A DNA stretch of 64,000 nt from an uncultured Acidobacteriota bacterium (GTDB lineage Bacteria > Acidobacteriota > Thermoanaerobaculia > Multivoradales > UBA5704), in the NCBI GenBank assembly GCA_963700145.1, contig OY969474.1, forward strand, positions 2,624,001-2,688,000. Reading direction: 5' to 3'. The translations under genes and the position numbers were made by a program. Positions 35,384 to 45,431 of this stretch are shown here, piece by piece. A model generated the notes under the pieces. It saw only the letters and a list, made by a program, of their open reading frames with translations, made no database searches and had not been told where the DNA came from. Positions within the stretch are counted from its first letter, which is position 1, and every line of letters begins with the position of its first letter.

Positions 35384-36541
35384 TTAAGGCGACCCGCCTG
35401 TAGCGCTCAGAATTGGTGCCGTTTCCCAAATGGATCCCATGCGGAGGCAGAAGTGGCCCACCTTTGCCACGGCGAGGATGTCGTCGCCATCGGGAGCGTC
35501 CTTTGTACCCTTCACGTTCCATAGTACCCAGAGGCCGATGTGGGCTGGGATGAGGTCCTTCGGGATTCGCTCGTCGCGCTTGAACATGAACGTCAGAAAG
35601 TCGGCGACTGCCTCGCGTAGGAGTGGATTTTCCTCCCTTAGCAGACGATCGACTGCATCCACCATACCTGCGCTGTCTCGCTCTCGAGTGGTTGCGAGGC
35701 CGATGCTCGCAGCTGTAAGGCACAGGCGCCAGACGTCCAGCCGACTGAAGACCCACTGGGGTGGGGAGTCAGCGTCGACGAGATCGAGCGCCGATGCCGT
35801 GACGCCAGCCTCAACGGCGCCGATGAGACGTTGAGCTCGCTCCGTTGGCTGGACGGGCGAGATCTTGCCCGCTGCCTCCATGGACTGCAGCCGCCTCCCA
35901 GTGACCTGACGTCGAACCGTCCGGCCTGAGGATGAAGGCAATTCGAGCTCGACTCGCTTGCCGAAGAGACGGTCCCAGAGATTGACAGAGAGCTTGGTCG
36001 AGTTCTCCAACAGCGTTCGGAGATCGGCCGATGAGCGGTGGCGCCAGCCGTCCACTCGATCGTTGGCCGTCTTCTGCCAATCGGAAAGAGCTTGTGCAAT
36101 CTTGCTTCTGAGGTCGTCTGGGTTATCTACTTCGTGCAGGACATATGTCTCACGATGCTTCCTCCGCCACTCCGATACCCATGGATCAGCTGCCAACTTA
36201 CTTTGGGGTTCAGCAGTATGGAATATAAATATGGGTATTCTGGCTTTCTTCGCTGTCTCATATTCAAGAGATGTGAACGATGAGTCCTCTAGTCCTGCCA
36301 GCCTTGGCGTCGATCCGCGAGAGGAGGAAACTACAAGAATGCACGCATCCGCATCGTTTACCCTCGACTTGCAGATCTCTACAACCTGCTCATCGCTGAG
36401 ATCCGTAAGCGGCTCAAGAACGTCTGCTTCCATACCCACTGCCGCAATTGCAAGCGCAGCTGCTTGACGAAACGGCAGTAGGTCCCGGATAGTAGAGGCG
36501 ACGAAGATCTTCTTGGTCCTAACCTTTGTATCGTGTGTCAT
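35384..36541 (-). CDS. DUF4062-domain protein with unknown C-terminal region (low-GC island)
   Basis: KIFVASTIRDL..R, C...V..AD, SFTSLEYETA..IPIFIF match the DUF4062 (NDT/TIR-like) pattern. Confidence 0.7.
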   Translation of the reverse strand: MTHDTKVRTKKIFVASTIRDLLPFRQAAALAIAAVGMEADVLEPLTDLSDEQVVEICKSRVNDADACILVVSSSRGSTPRLAGLEDSSFTSLEYETAKKARIPIFIFHTAEPQSKLAADPWVSEWRRKHRETYVLHEVDNPDDLRSKIAQALSDWQKTANDRVDGWRHRSSADLRTLLENSTKLSVNLWDRLFGKRVELELPSSSGRTVRRQVTGRRLQSMEAAGKISPVQPTERAQRLIGAVEAGVTASALDLVDADSPPQWVFSRLDVWRLCLTAASIGLATTRERDSAGMVDAVDRLLREENPLLREAVADFLTFMFKRDERIPKDLIPAHIGLWVLWNVKGTKDAPDGDDILAVAKVGHFCLRMGSIWETAPILSATGGSP

Positions 36542-36619
36542 ATCTCTTGCCTCGGCCAACCTCTGTTCCGAGGACTCGCCGCGGCTTGCGTATCGCGGCA
36601 TAGGCGACAGGTGTATGTC

Positions 36620-36683
36620 GTCTATGCTCCGACGCCTGACCGCCCCCGAACCTCCGTGGATGTGGCTTCTCAGCTAGTTAGAC
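36620..36683 (-). other. Degenerate attC-like site
   Basis: Minus strand GTCTAAC-TAGCT-GAGAAGCC ... GGCGTC-GGAG-CATAGAC; good R'' box, poor R' box. Confidence 0.3.
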
Positions 36684-36830
36684 ACTATAACAGGGTGTCC
36701 CCGAGGATCTGGAGGTCCCCGAGCTGCTGAGAGCGCGGCGGGACCTGCCTCGCGGCCGCCTTGGGGCGGCGGGCGCGGCGGGAGTGGAAGCGGGAGCGGG
36801 TGCGGTTGATCGGCCGCACACCGGAGCGGC

Positions 36831-37271
36831 CGAATGGAGTGGGTCGGCAGGCGAATGGACCGGGTTGACAGCTCAATGGACTGGGTTGACGGCCGAACCG
36901 GGTGGGTTGGCGGCTGAATGGACTGGGTCGGCGGACGATTGGGCTGGGTTGGCCGCCGAATGGACTGGGTCGGCGGGCGAACCGAGTGGGTTGGCGACCG
37001 AATGGACTGGGTCGGCGGCCGATTGGGCTGGGTTGACCGTCGAATGGACTGGGTTGGCGGACGAACCGAGTGGGTCGAGCCGCCGACCCATCCCAATGGG
37101 CCGCCGACCCAGTCCATTCGGTCGCCAACCCAGCCCAATCGCCGCTCGAATCACGCCAATGGCGCGCTGACCCACTCCAATCGCCGGCCGACCCAGCCGG
37201 TCGACCCGCCTACCCAGCCCATCGGTCGCCTGACCCACACGATCCACCGGCCGACCCACTCAGTTCGCAGC
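36831..37271. repeat. 21-bp-period tandem array, 12 forward + 9 inverted units (array 2)
   Basis: Consensus CGAATGGACTGGGTCGGCGGC with an 84-bp super-period, switching at ~37080 to reverse-complement units such as CCGACCCAGTCCATTCG. Confidence 0.92.
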
Positions 37272-37294
37272 GCGCCGGAGCGAGAGCTCTACGT

Positions 37295-37372
37295 GCTTAA
37301 CACCGATCCCGCCGCCGACACGCCGATCAGCGCCCCGGGCTGAATGCCGGAACGGCAAGTGCCGAGTTAGAC
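37295..37372 (-). other. attC-like integron recombination site (78 bp)
   Basis: Minus strand GTCTAAC (R'', contains the ORF stop) TCGGC ACTTGCCG ... CGGCGGGA TCGGT GTTAAGC (R'). Confidence 0.55.
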
Positions 37373-37744
37373 GCCGGTTCGGAGCGACTGGATTGCTTGG
37401 CGAGTTCTTGCCCAATCGCCGCTTCGCAGGAAGAGGAGGTGAACGAAACCAAGCCGAAATCTGAACCGCCGTCTCATGCGATTCATGATCTTTTCCTCGA
37501 GCCAACCTTGATCGAAGCCAGCCCACTCACCAGCTACGGAGAGGAGATTCCAGCTGCAGATAGGACAGACCTCGTAGACCAGAATCCGTTCCAATTCGAC
37601 GATCGAGTATGGAGAAGCTGCGAGGGTCTTGGCGCGATACTCAAGATCCAAGGAAGCATCGGTGTCGAGAAACAAGGTCGAGAGCGCAGTCCAGACAGGA
37701 CGTCGAACTTCGATCTCCGCAGCCGACAGAGGCTCTGGATTCAT
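37367..37744 (-). CDS. Hypothetical cassette-like protein (DUF7079-like)
   Basis: RRPVWTALSTLFLDT...EVCPICSWNLLSVAGEWAGFD; ATG 7 nt after GTTAGAC and stop inside GTCTAAC. Confidence 0.75.
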   Translation of the reverse strand: MNPEPLSAAEIEVRRPVWTALSTLFLDTDASLDLEYRAKTLAASPYSIVELERILVYEVCPICSWNLLSVAGEWAGFDQGWLEEKIMNRMRRRFRFRLGFVHLLFLRSGDWARTRQAIQSLRTGV

Positions 37745-37753
37745 GGTCGGCGT

Positions 37754-38353
37754 CTAACGTTCAGCATCAGCGGCGGCGCCGCGATGTCCTCGCACCTCGT
37801 AACGAAGCTCCACCATGCCGCTTTTGTAGGCTTTGACCTCCGCCAGGTGGAGGGGGATGTCTCTGTCGAGCTTCTCGAAGAACGGGATCCCATCACCAAT
37901 CAAGATCGGCAGGATCGAATAGCGAACTTCGTCGGCCAGCCCGAGGCGAAGGCACTCGGCGGAGACGACGCCGCCCCCAACAAACCAGATGGTGCGGAAC
38001 GTGGGCCGTAGGCGCCCATTCACGAATTGCGCGAGATCGCCTGAGTGGAACTCGACGGTATCCCGGGTCCGTGGTAGTTCGCGACGAGTGAGGACGAAGG
38101 TGGGTTTGTCGCCGTACGACCACCCCAGCCCTTGGGCTTCAAAGCGAAGCGCGGTCTCATAGGTTCGCGATCCCATGACGTAGCAGTCGATCGTCTTGAG
38201 GAACGCCTCGACGAAGCCTGGGTCCATTGTGTCCCCGCCTACGAATTCGTCTGAGGTCTCGAGCCAGTCGACGCGCCCGTCCTTTCGAGCGATGAAGCCG
38301 TCGAGGCTCGCCGCCATGTGGATCGTTACGCGAGAGTCAGGGATTGCCACCAC
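37754..38353 (-). CDS. Dihydrofolate reductase-like / RibD C-terminal domain protein
   Basis: MAASLDGFIA, MGSRTYE, WFVGGG, LADE, PILIGDGIPFF. Confidence 0.88.
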   Translation of the reverse strand: MVAIPDSRVTIHMAASLDGFIARKDGRVDWLETSDEFVGGDTMDPGFVEAFLKTIDCYVMGSRTYETALRFEAQGLGWSYGDKPTFVLTRRELPRTRDTVEFHSGDLAQFVNGRLRPTFRTIWFVGGGVVSAECLRLGLADEVRYSILPILIGDGIPFFEKLDRDIPLHLAEVKAYKSGMVELRYEVRGHRGAAADAER

Positions 38354-38765
38354 TGCCGACTCGAGAGAACCCCGTGACTATTGCGCCCCACCAGCAGCGT
38401 TCCAGCTTGCCAATCTCCGCCACCTGCGAAGGATCGTCAGCATCTTGGACCAAGAAGTCAGCGACCAAGCCGCATTGAGCGGTCAGCTGAGCGGCCGGGT
38501 CGCCCAATGGACACTGGCCACCCGTGAGGTAGTAGTACTGACCTGGCATGGGTGACTGGGTTGGTGCCCCCATGATTCGGTCCACGGAGCTCTTCGAAAG
38601 GCCGAGGTGAAGTTGGTCGAGCTTGCGCGGCGCGAGATGGAGTGGACCTTCGATGAGGCAATCGCCGGGAGACGTGTCGGGAAGGGGCTGGCACGACGCG
38701 CACACCATCGCGAGCACAAGCGTGGCGACGCCGCACGTTCTCTTCGCGATTCTTACAATTGTCAC
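38337..38765 (-). CDS. Hypothetical Cys-rich lipoprotein (SmpA/BamE-like motif)
   Basis: Lipobox-like CASC; LHLGLSKSSVDRIMGAP resembles the SmpA/OmlA motif; lower GC. Confidence 0.55.
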   Translation of the reverse strand: MTIVRIAKRTCGVATLVLAMVCASCQPLPDTSPGDCLIEGPLHLAPRKLDQLHLGLSKSSVDRIMGAPTQSPMPGQYYYLTGGQCPLGDPAAQLTAQCGLVADFLVQDADDPSQVAEIGKLERCWWGAIVTGFSRVGSGGNP

Positions 38766-38827
38766 TGGTGGTTCTCCCGACGCCTGACCTCTGTTTCGAC
38801 GACTCGCCGCGGCAGATAGAGTACGCC

Positions 38828-39532
38828 ATCCTCGCAGGAACTCGAACCAGACAGGCGCTCGCGGCGCTGCTCGTGCTGGCCGTCGGCCCGGCCGGGTGCA
38901 GTCGGCCGCCCGACGCCGGCGGCGAGGCGACCGTCGACATCGAGCCGCGCCCCGGGCTCCCCTTCCCCGACAGCGACGCCGGGCGCGCCGTCGCGGCGCA
39001 CCTCGACGCGATGTTCGCCATCGGTCCCAACGCCGACGCGAGCTACCAGGCGTCGCTTGCGGACCTGCGCGCGCGAGGCGGCGAAGCGATCGCGGCCCTC
39101 GTCGCCACCTACAACCAGGCCGACAAGACGCTGTACAACGAGCGCGCGGCCCTCGTCGAGACGCTGGCGGTGCTGTGGCTGCCCGAGGCGCGCGACGAGC
39201 TGCTCGCGATCGCCAACGAGCCCCTGCCCGAGCGCGTCCCGGCGCCCGACGGCACCGTGCCGCCGATCGGGCCGGAGATCGTCACCCGGACGACCGCGAT
39301 CCGCGGCCTGGGGAACCTCGCCGAGCGCGACGACGCCGCGGCCCGGGACCTCGCCGCGCTGGCGGAGCATCGCGAGCCGGCGCTGCAGGAGGAGGCCAAG
39401 CAGTCCCTGGCCAACGTCATCGCGCAGGAGAAGGACCGGCTGCGGCGCCAGCGGCTGATCCAGCTCTTCCCGGGCGAGCTCCCGGACTGGCTGCAGCTCC
39501 AGGACCTCGCGCCCCCGGCGCCGACCCGGTGA
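38828..39532 (+). CDS. Hypothetical HEAT-like helical lipoprotein (start uncertain)
   Basis: [11 protein letters not shown] lipobox; host-like codon usage from ~38855; helical repeats; no canonical start directly before the signal peptide. Confidence 0.6.
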   Translation: MLAGTRTRQALAALLVLAVGPAGCSRPPDAGGEATVDIEPRPGLPFPDSDAGRAVAAHLDAMFAIGPNADASYQASLADLRARGGEAIAALVATYNQADKTLYNERAALVETLAVLWLPEARDELLAIANEPLPERVPAPDGTVPPIGPEIVTRTTAIRGLGNLAERDDAAARDLAALAEHREPALQEEAKQSLANVIAQEKDRLRRQRLIQLFPGELPDWLQLQDLAPPAPTR

Positions 39533-39556
39533 CAAGAGGCCCCCCCTTTTGTCACC
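39528..39556. terminator. Stem-loop between lipoprotein gene and sulfate operon
   Basis: GGTGACAAGAGG...CCTTTTGTCACC inverted repeat over the stop codon; no clear U-tract. Confidence 0.4.
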
Positions 39557-39601
39557 GCCCTACGACTGACCCCGTCACCGGCGGCTCCCTAGAGTTCCCG
39601 G

Positions 39602-41383
39602 GTGTCGATCGCCCTCGAGCACCTCACCAAGCGCTACGCCGGGCAGCCGGTGGTGCACGAGGTGTCGCTGGAGGTCGCGGCCGGGGAGCTGTTCGTGCTG
39701 CTCGGGCCCTCGGGGAGCGGCAAGAGCACGCTGCTGCGGATGATCGCCGGCCTCGCCGAGGTGGACGCCGGGCGGATCCTGCTCCACGGCCGCGACGTCA
39801 CCTCTCTCTCGCCGCAGGCGCGCGGGGTCGGGTTCGTCTTCCAGCACTACGCCCTCTTCCGCCACATGACGGTGGCCGAGAACGTCGAGTTCCCGCTCGC
39901 CGTGCGCAAGGTGGCGGCGCGCGAGCGGCGGCGGCGGCGCGACGAGCTGCTCGAGCTGGTCGGCCTGGCGGGGCTCGGCGCCCGGCTGCCGCGCCAGCTC
40001 TCCGGCGGCCAGCAGCAGCGGGTGGCGCTGGCGCGGGCGCTGGCGCACGGCCCCGAGGTGCTCCTTCTCGACGAGCCCTTCGGCGCCCTCGACGCCCGCA
40101 TCCGCCTGGAGCTGCGCGGCACGATCCGCCAGATCCAGCGCGAGGTCGGCATCACCACGCTCTTCGTCACCCACGACCAGGAGGAGGCCTTCGAGCTGGC
40201 CGACCGGCTGGGGGTGATGAGCTTCGGGCGCCTGCTCGAGACCGGCCCGCCACGCGAGCTGTACCTGCGGCCGGAGACCGAGTTCGTCGCGACGTTCCTC
40301 GGCAGCGCCAACCTGCTGGTCGGCGCCTCGACCCCCGGCGGCCTCTCCGTCGGCCCGGTCGAGTTCCCGCAGCCGACGCTGACCTCCGATGGCAGCGAGT
40401 CGCGGCGGGTACAGGTGCTCTTCCGGCCCGAGGACGTGGCGCTGGAGGCCTCGGCCGAGGCCGTCGCCGCGCCGGTCCTCGGGCAGGGGGTCGTCGAGAG
40501 CGGCTCCTTCGTCGGCGCCTTCGAGCGGCTGCGCCTGCGCCTGCCGGCGCTCCCCGGCGTGCGCGCCATCGCGCCGGCTGTCCCCTTCGGCGGCGACTAT
40601 CTGCTGGTCGAGGCCACCCGCACGCAGCACCAGGCGCGGCGGCTGCCGCTGGCGCCGGGGGACTCCGCCTGGGTCGGCGTGCGGCGGGTCCACGCGCTGG
40701 CCCATCCGGGGCTCTCGTTCCTGATCTTCAGCGACGGCTCGCCGGCGACGGAGCCGGCGGTCGGCTTCGGCGACGCCCTGGCACGGCGGACGCACGCCCG
40801 CGTCGAGAAGCTCTCCTACCGCGCCGAGAGCGCCGCCGAGACGATCTCCCTGGAGGCCGGGCGGCGGGCGGCGGACCTCGTCGTGGCGCCGCTGCCGCGC
40901 GAGGGGCTGGTGCTCGCCGAGGCGGCGCTCGCCGCCGGCGGCCACCACCTGCTGCTGGTGCCGGGGCCGGCGGAGACGCCGACGCGCCTCCTCATCTGCG
41001 TCGCGGTCGGCGAGCCGGGCAAGGAGGACGTCGGCTTCGCCGGCCGGCTCGCCCGCCACCTCGGCGCCGAGGCCACGATCCTCACCGTTCTCCCCGCCGC
41101 GGAGGGGACGGGCATGGCGCGCGCCCTGGCCGAGCGCTTCCTCGCCGCCAGCGCCCGCACGCTCGGCCGCATGGGAGTGCCAGCCAAGACCGCGATCCGC
41201 CAGGGGGCGCCGCGCGAGGAGATCCGCGCCGAGCTCGCCGAGGGGGGGCACGACCTCCTGGTCCTCGGCGCGCCGCTGCCGCAGCCGGACGGGCGGGTGC
41301 GCCTGACCGGTGTTGTGGCGCGCCTGCTCACCGACGCCCAAGGCCCCGTGCTCATCGTCCGCTCGTCACGGGGAGCCGTCTGA
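39602..41383 (+). CDS. cysA: Sulfate/thiosulfate ABC ATPase CysA with C-terminal universal-stress-protein domain
   Basis: [41 protein letters not shown]; C-terminal GAPREEI..HDLLVLG..PVLIV USP pattern. Confidence 0.88.
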   Translation: MSIALEHLTKRYAGQPVVHEVSLEVAAGELFVLLGPSGSGKSTLLRMIAGLAEVDAGRILLHGRDVTSLSPQARGVGFVFQHYALFRHMTVAENVEFPLAVRKVAARERRRRRDELLELVGLAGLGARLPRQLSGGQQQRVALARALAHGPEVLLLDEPFGALDARIRLELRGTIRQIQREVGITTLFVTHDQEEAFELADRLGVMSFGRLLETGPPRELYLRPETEFVATFLGSANLLVGASTPGGLSVGPVEFPQPTLTSDGSESRRVQVLFRPEDVALEASAEAVAAPVLGQGVVESGSFVGAFERLRLRLPALPGVRAIAPAVPFGGDYLLVEATRTQHQARRLPLAPGDSAWVGVRRVHALAHPGLSFLIFSDGSPATEPAVGFGDALARRTHARVEKLSYRAESAAETISLEAGRRAADLVVAPLPREGLVLAEAALAAGGHHLLLVPGPAETPTRLLICVAVGEPGKEDVGFAGRLARHLGAEATILTVLPAAEGTGMARALAERFLAASARTLGRMGVPAKTAIRQGAPREEIRAELAEGGHDLLVLGAPLPQPDGRVRLTGVVARLLTDAQGPVLIVRSSRGAV

Positions 41384-41395
41384 AAGGTGGGAGAC

Positions 41396-42670
41396 ATGAA
41401 AGCACTCGTTCTCGCCCTCGGGCTCGCCCTCACCTTGGTCGCCGCCCCGGCGGCCGCACAGGAGAGCGCCGAGCCGGCCAAGCCGCAACCCCCCGTGATC
41501 ACGGCCGGGAAAGACGGCTTCAGCCTGAAGTCCGCCGACGGCGCCTTCGTCCTCCGGTTGCGCGGTTACGTCCACGCCGACGGCCGCTTCTGGCTCGGCG
41601 ACGACGAGCGCCCGGCGACCGACACCTTCCTGCTGCGCCGCCTGCGGCCGATCTTCGAGGGGACGCTCTACGAGTTCGTCGACTTCCGCATCATGCCGGA
41701 CTTCGGCGAAGGGCAGACGCGGCTCTTCGACGGCTACATCGAGGCCCGCTTCACACCCGCCGCGAAGCTGCGCGCCGGCAAGTTCAAGCCGCCGGTGGGG
41801 CTCGAGCGGCTGCAGTCGGCGACCGACATCGTCTTCGTCGAGCGCGCGCTGCCGAGCAACCTCGTCCCCAACCGCGACGTCGGCGTGCAGCTCGCGGGGG
41901 ACCTCGCGGCGGGGCGGCTGGCCTACGCCGTGGGCCTCTTCAACGGTGTGCCCGACGGCGCCAGCGCCGACCTCGACAGCAACGACTCCAAGGACGTCGC
42001 CGCCCGCCTCTTCGCGACGCCGTTCGCAAAGGCGGAGGGGCCGCTCAAAGGGCTGGGCTTCGGCCTCGCCGCGAGCCGCGGCAACCAGCGCGGCACGGCC
42101 GCCGCGCCCGCCCTCCCGAGCTACCGCACGCAGGGCCAGCAGACTTTCTTCGGCTATCGGACGGACGGCGTCGCGTCGGGCGGCCCGACCCTCGCCGACG
42201 GCGCGCGCGAGCGTCTCTCGCCGCAGGGCTACCTCTACCGCGGGCCGCTCGGCCTGATGGCCGAGCACGTCCGCTCGTCGCAGGAGGTGCGGCGCGGGAC
42301 GACGCAGGCGGAGCTGACCCACGACGCCTGGCAGCTCGCGGCCTCCTGGGTGCTCACCGGCGAGGACGCCTCCTACCGCGGCGTGACGCCGCGCGCGCCG
42401 TTCGATCGCGAGACGGGCGCCTGGGGCGCCGTCGAGCTGGTCGCCCGCTTGAGCGCCCTCGACGTCGACGACGACGCCTTCCCGTTCTTCGCCGACCCTG
42501 CCGCCGCCGCCAGCGAGGCCACGGCCTGGGGGGTGGGCGTCAACTGGTACCTCGCCCGCGGCATACGGCTCGGCGCGAACTACGAGACCACCAGCTTCGA
42601 GGGCGGCGCCCCGACGGGCGACCGCGAAGACGAGCGGGTCCTCCTCACCCGCCTGCAGATCAACTTCTAG
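41396..42670 (+). CDS. OprO/OprP-family anion-selective porin
   Basis: Signal peptide, [36 protein letters not shown], terminal F. Confidence 0.85.
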   Translation: MKALVLALGLALTLVAAPAAAQESAEPAKPQPPVITAGKDGFSLKSADGAFVLRLRGYVHADGRFWLGDDERPATDTFLLRRLRPIFEGTLYEFVDFRIMPDFGEGQTRLFDGYIEARFTPAAKLRAGKFKPPVGLERLQSATDIVFVERALPSNLVPNRDVGVQLAGDLAAGRLAYAVGLFNGVPDGASADLDSNDSKDVAARLFATPFAKAEGPLKGLGFGLAASRGNQRGTAAAPALPSYRTQGQQTFFGYRTDGVASGGPTLADGARERLSPQGYLYRGPLGLMAEHVRSSQEVRRGTTQAELTHDAWQLAASWVLTGEDASYRGVTPRAPFDRETGAWGAVELVARLSALDVDDDAFPFFADPAAAASEATAWGVGVNWYLARGIRLGANYETTSFEGGAPTGDREDERVLLTRLQINF

Positions 42671-42684
42671 GAAGGAGAGCCGCC

Positions 42685-43716
42685 ATGCGCCACCACAACC
42701 TCGCCGGCATCCTCTGCGCTCTCTCCCTGGGCCTTGCCGCGGCCGTGCCGCCGGCCTTCGCGGCTCCCGCGCCCAAAGCTCCGGCCAAGGTCGAGCTGCT
42801 CAACGTCTCCTACGACCCGACGCGCGAGCTCTACACCGACTTCAACGCCGCCTTCGCTCGGCGCTGGAAGGCGAAGACCGGCCAGACCGTCACCGTCCAG
42901 CAGTCGCACGGCGGCTCGGGCAAGCAGGGGCGGTCGGTCATCGACGGCCTCGAGGCCGACGTCGTCACCCTCGCCCTCTCCTGGGACGTCGACGCCGTCG
43001 CCAACGCCGGGCTCGTGCCCAAGAGCTGGCAGGCGCGCCTCCCCAACAACAGCGCCCCCTACACCTCGACGATCGTCTTCCTGGTGCGCCAGGGGAACCC
43101 GAAGAAGATCCGCGACTGGGGGGACTTGGGGCGCCCGGGCGTGGCGGTCGTCACGCCCAACCCCAAGACCTCCGGCGGCGCGCGCTGGAACTACCTCGCC
43201 GCCTGGGGCTGGGCGCTGCGCCAGCCGGGGGGGAACGATGCCAAGGCGCGCGCCCTCGTCGCCCGCATCTTCAAGAACGTGCCGGTGCTCGACACCGGCG
43301 CCCGCGGCTCGACCGTCACCTTCGTCGAGCGCGGCATCGGCGACGTGCTGATCGCCTGGGAGAACGAGGCGCTGCTGGCGGCGCGCGAGCTGGGCAAGGG
43401 GAAGTTCCAGATCGTGGCGCCGTCGCGGTCGATCCTCGCCGAGCCGCCGGTCGCGTGGGTGGACAAGGTGGTGCGCAAGAAGAAGACCGGCGCCGTCGCC
43501 CAAGCCTACCTGCGGCACCTCTACACCCCCGAGGGGCAGGAGATCGCCGCCCGCCACTACTACCGGCCGCGCAACAAGGCCGTGCTGGCGAAGCACGCCG
43601 CGAAGTTCCCCAAGATCGAGCTCTTCACGATCGGCGACTTCGGCGGCTGGGCCAAGGCGCAGAAGACCCACTTCGCCGACGGCGGGGTGTTCGACCAGAT
43701 CTACGGCGGGCGCTAG
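42685..43716 (+). CDS. sbp: Sulfate ABC transporter substrate-binding protein
   Basis: [51 protein letters not shown]. Confidence 0.95.
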   Translation: MRHHNLAGILCALSLGLAAAVPPAFAAPAPKAPAKVELLNVSYDPTRELYTDFNAAFARRWKAKTGQTVTVQQSHGGSGKQGRSVIDGLEADVVTLALSWDVDAVANAGLVPKSWQARLPNNSAPYTSTIVFLVRQGNPKKIRDWGDLGRPGVAVVTPNPKTSGGARWNYLAAWGWALRQPGGNDAKARALVARIFKNVPVLDTGARGSTVTFVERGIGDVLIAWENEALLAARELGKGKFQIVAPSRSILAEPPVAWVDKVVRKKKTGAVAQAYLRHLYTPEGQEIAARHYYRPRNKAVLAKHAAKFPKIELFTIGDFGGWAKAQKTHFADGGVFDQIYGGR

Positions 43717-44580
43717 GTGGCGGCAGCCGCGCGTCCCCGCCGCCGCCGCACGCACGGCGTCCTGCCGGGCTTCGGCCTGTCGCTGGGGTTCACGCTGCTC
43801 TACCTGTCGCTGATCGTCCTGATCCCGCTGTCGACGCTCTTTCTCAAGACCCTGACGCTCTCCTGGGACGAGTTCTGGTCGACCGTCACCGCGCCGCGCA
43901 CGCTCGCCGCCTACCGCCTCTCCTTCCTGGCGGCGGGCGCCGCCGCGGTCGTCAACGGCGTCTTCGGCCTGCTCCTCGCCTGGGTGCTCGAGCGCTACAC
44001 GTTTCCCGGCCGGCGGCTGCTGGACGGCTTGGTGGATCTCCCCTTCGCCTTGCCCACGGCAGTCGCCGGCATTTCCCTCGCCTCACTCTGGGCCAAGAAC
44101 GGCTGGCTGGGCCGCTGGGTCGAGCCCTTCGGGATCGAGGTCGCCTACACGCCGCTCGGCGTCGTCGTGGCGCTGGTCTTCGTCGGGCTCCCCTTCGTCG
44201 TGCGCACCGTGCAGCCGGTCCTGCGCGACCTCGACCCGGCGGTCGAGGAGGCCGCGGCGAGCCTTGGCGCCGGGCGGCTGGCGACGCTGCGGCGGGTGGT
44301 GCTGCCGGAGCTGCGGCCGGCGGCGGTGACCGGCAGCGTCCTCGCCTTCGCCCGCGGCTTGGGCGAGTACGGCTCGGTCATCTTCATCGCCGGCAACATG
44401 CCGATGCGCTCGGAGATCACGCCGCTGCTCATCATGATCGAGCTCGAGCAGTACGACTACGCCGGCGCCACCGCGATCGCCCTGCTCTTCCTCCTCGCCT
44501 CCTTCGCCCTGCTCCTCGGCCTCAACTTCCTCTCCCGCTGGCAGGCGCGCGCGCACACGGCCGTCGAGGAGGAGCGGTAG
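43717..44580 (+). CDS. cysT: Sulfate ABC transporter permease CysT
   Basis: [44 protein letters not shown]. Confidence 0.93.
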   Translation: MAAAARPRRRRTHGVLPGFGLSLGFTLLYLSLIVLIPLSTLFLKTLTLSWDEFWSTVTAPRTLAAYRLSFLAAGAAAVVNGVFGLLLAWVLERYTFPGRRLLDGLVDLPFALPTAVAGISLASLWAKNGWLGRWVEPFGIEVAYTPLGVVVALVFVGLPFVVRTVQPVLRDLDPAVEEAAASLGAGRLATLRRVVLPELRPAAVTGSVLAFARGLGEYGSVIFIAGNMPMRSEITPLLIMIELEQYDYAGATAIALLFLLASFALLLGLNFLSRWQARAHTAVEEER

Positions 44581-44582
44581 AG

Positions 44583-45419
44583 ATGGCGGCCGCGGCGCCG
44601 GCGCGCGTGCGGCCGCTCGAGGAGCCGCGCCTCGTCCGCTGGCTCCTCCTGACGCTCGCGCTCGCCTTCGTCGGCCTCTTCCTCCTCGTGCCGCTCGTCG
44701 CCGTCTTCGTCGAGGCCTTCGCCGAGGGCTGGGCGGTCTACCGCGCCGCGGTGACCGACCCGATCGCCCGCGCCGCGATCCGCCTGACGCTCACGACCGC
44801 CGCCATCGCGGTGCCGGCGAACCTCCTCTTCGGCCTCGCGGCGGCCTGGGCGGTGAGCAAGTTCCGCTTCCGCGGCAAGGGCCTGCTGGTGACGCTGATC
44901 GACCTGCCGTTCAGCGTCTCGCCGGTCATCTCCGGCATGATGTTCGTCCTCCTCTTCGGCGCCCAGGGCTTCCTCGGCCCCTGGCTCGCGGCGCACGACT
45001 GGAAGGTTATCTTCGCCCTCCCCGGGATCGTCCTCGCCACCGTCTTCATCACCGCGCCGCTGGTGGCGCGCGAGCTGATCCCGCTGATGCAGGCTCAAGG
45101 CAGCGAGGAGGAGGAGGCCGCGCTCACCCTCGGCGCCAGCGGCTGGCAGACCTTCCGCCGCGTCAGCCTGCCGAAGATTCGCTGGGGCCTCATCTACGGC
45201 GTGGTGCTGTGCAACGCGCGGGCGATGGGGGAGTTCGGGGCGGTGTCGGTCGTCTCGGGGCACATCCGCGGGCGCACGACGACCCTGCCGCTGCACGTCG
45301 AGATCCTCTACAACGAGTACCAGTTCGCCGCCGCCTTCGCGGCCGCCTCGCTGCTGACGCTGCTCGCGCTCCTCACCCTCGGGGTCAAGGCCCTGGTGGA
45401 GTGGCGTACGGCCCGGTAG
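44583..45419 (+). CDS. cysW: Sulfate ABC transporter permease CysW
   Basis: [43 protein letters not shown]. Confidence 0.93.
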   Translation: MAAAAPARVRPLEEPRLVRWLLLTLALAFVGLFLLVPLVAVFVEAFAEGWAVYRAAVTDPIARAAIRLTLTTAAIAVPANLLFGLAAAWAVSKFRFRGKGLLVTLIDLPFSVSPVISGMMFVLLFGAQGFLGPWLAAHDWKVIFALPGIVLATVFITAPLVARELIPLMQAQGSEEEEAALTLGASGWQTFRRVSLPKIRWGLIYGVVLCNARAMGEFGAVSVVSGHIRGRTTTLPLHVEILYNEYQFAAAFAAASLLTLLALLTLGVKALVEWRTAR

Positions 45420-45431
45420 TACAGTGCCCGG

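Noticed and set aside
36661-36700. dif/Xer site or attI at GTTAGACACTATAAC
   Set aside because: Does not fit the 11-6-11 dif consensus and no integrase is adjacent; treated only as an attC-like R'' box.
36831-37271. CRISPR array interpretation of the 21-bp arrays
   Set aside because: No unique 25-45 bp spacers, repeats are contiguous and degenerate, orientation flips midway, and no cas genes are in the window.
36674-37343. Multiple overlapping repeat ORFs (MDWVGGR, EWTGSAA, PTQSIRR)
   Set aside because: All are translations of the same DNA repeat in different frames, with no evidence favouring one.
38896-43716. 1606-aa plus-strand ORF
   Set aside because: Only the last 343 aa (Sbp, ATG 42685 with SD) look real; the rest is an off-frame read of the upstream lipoprotein, cysA and porin genes.
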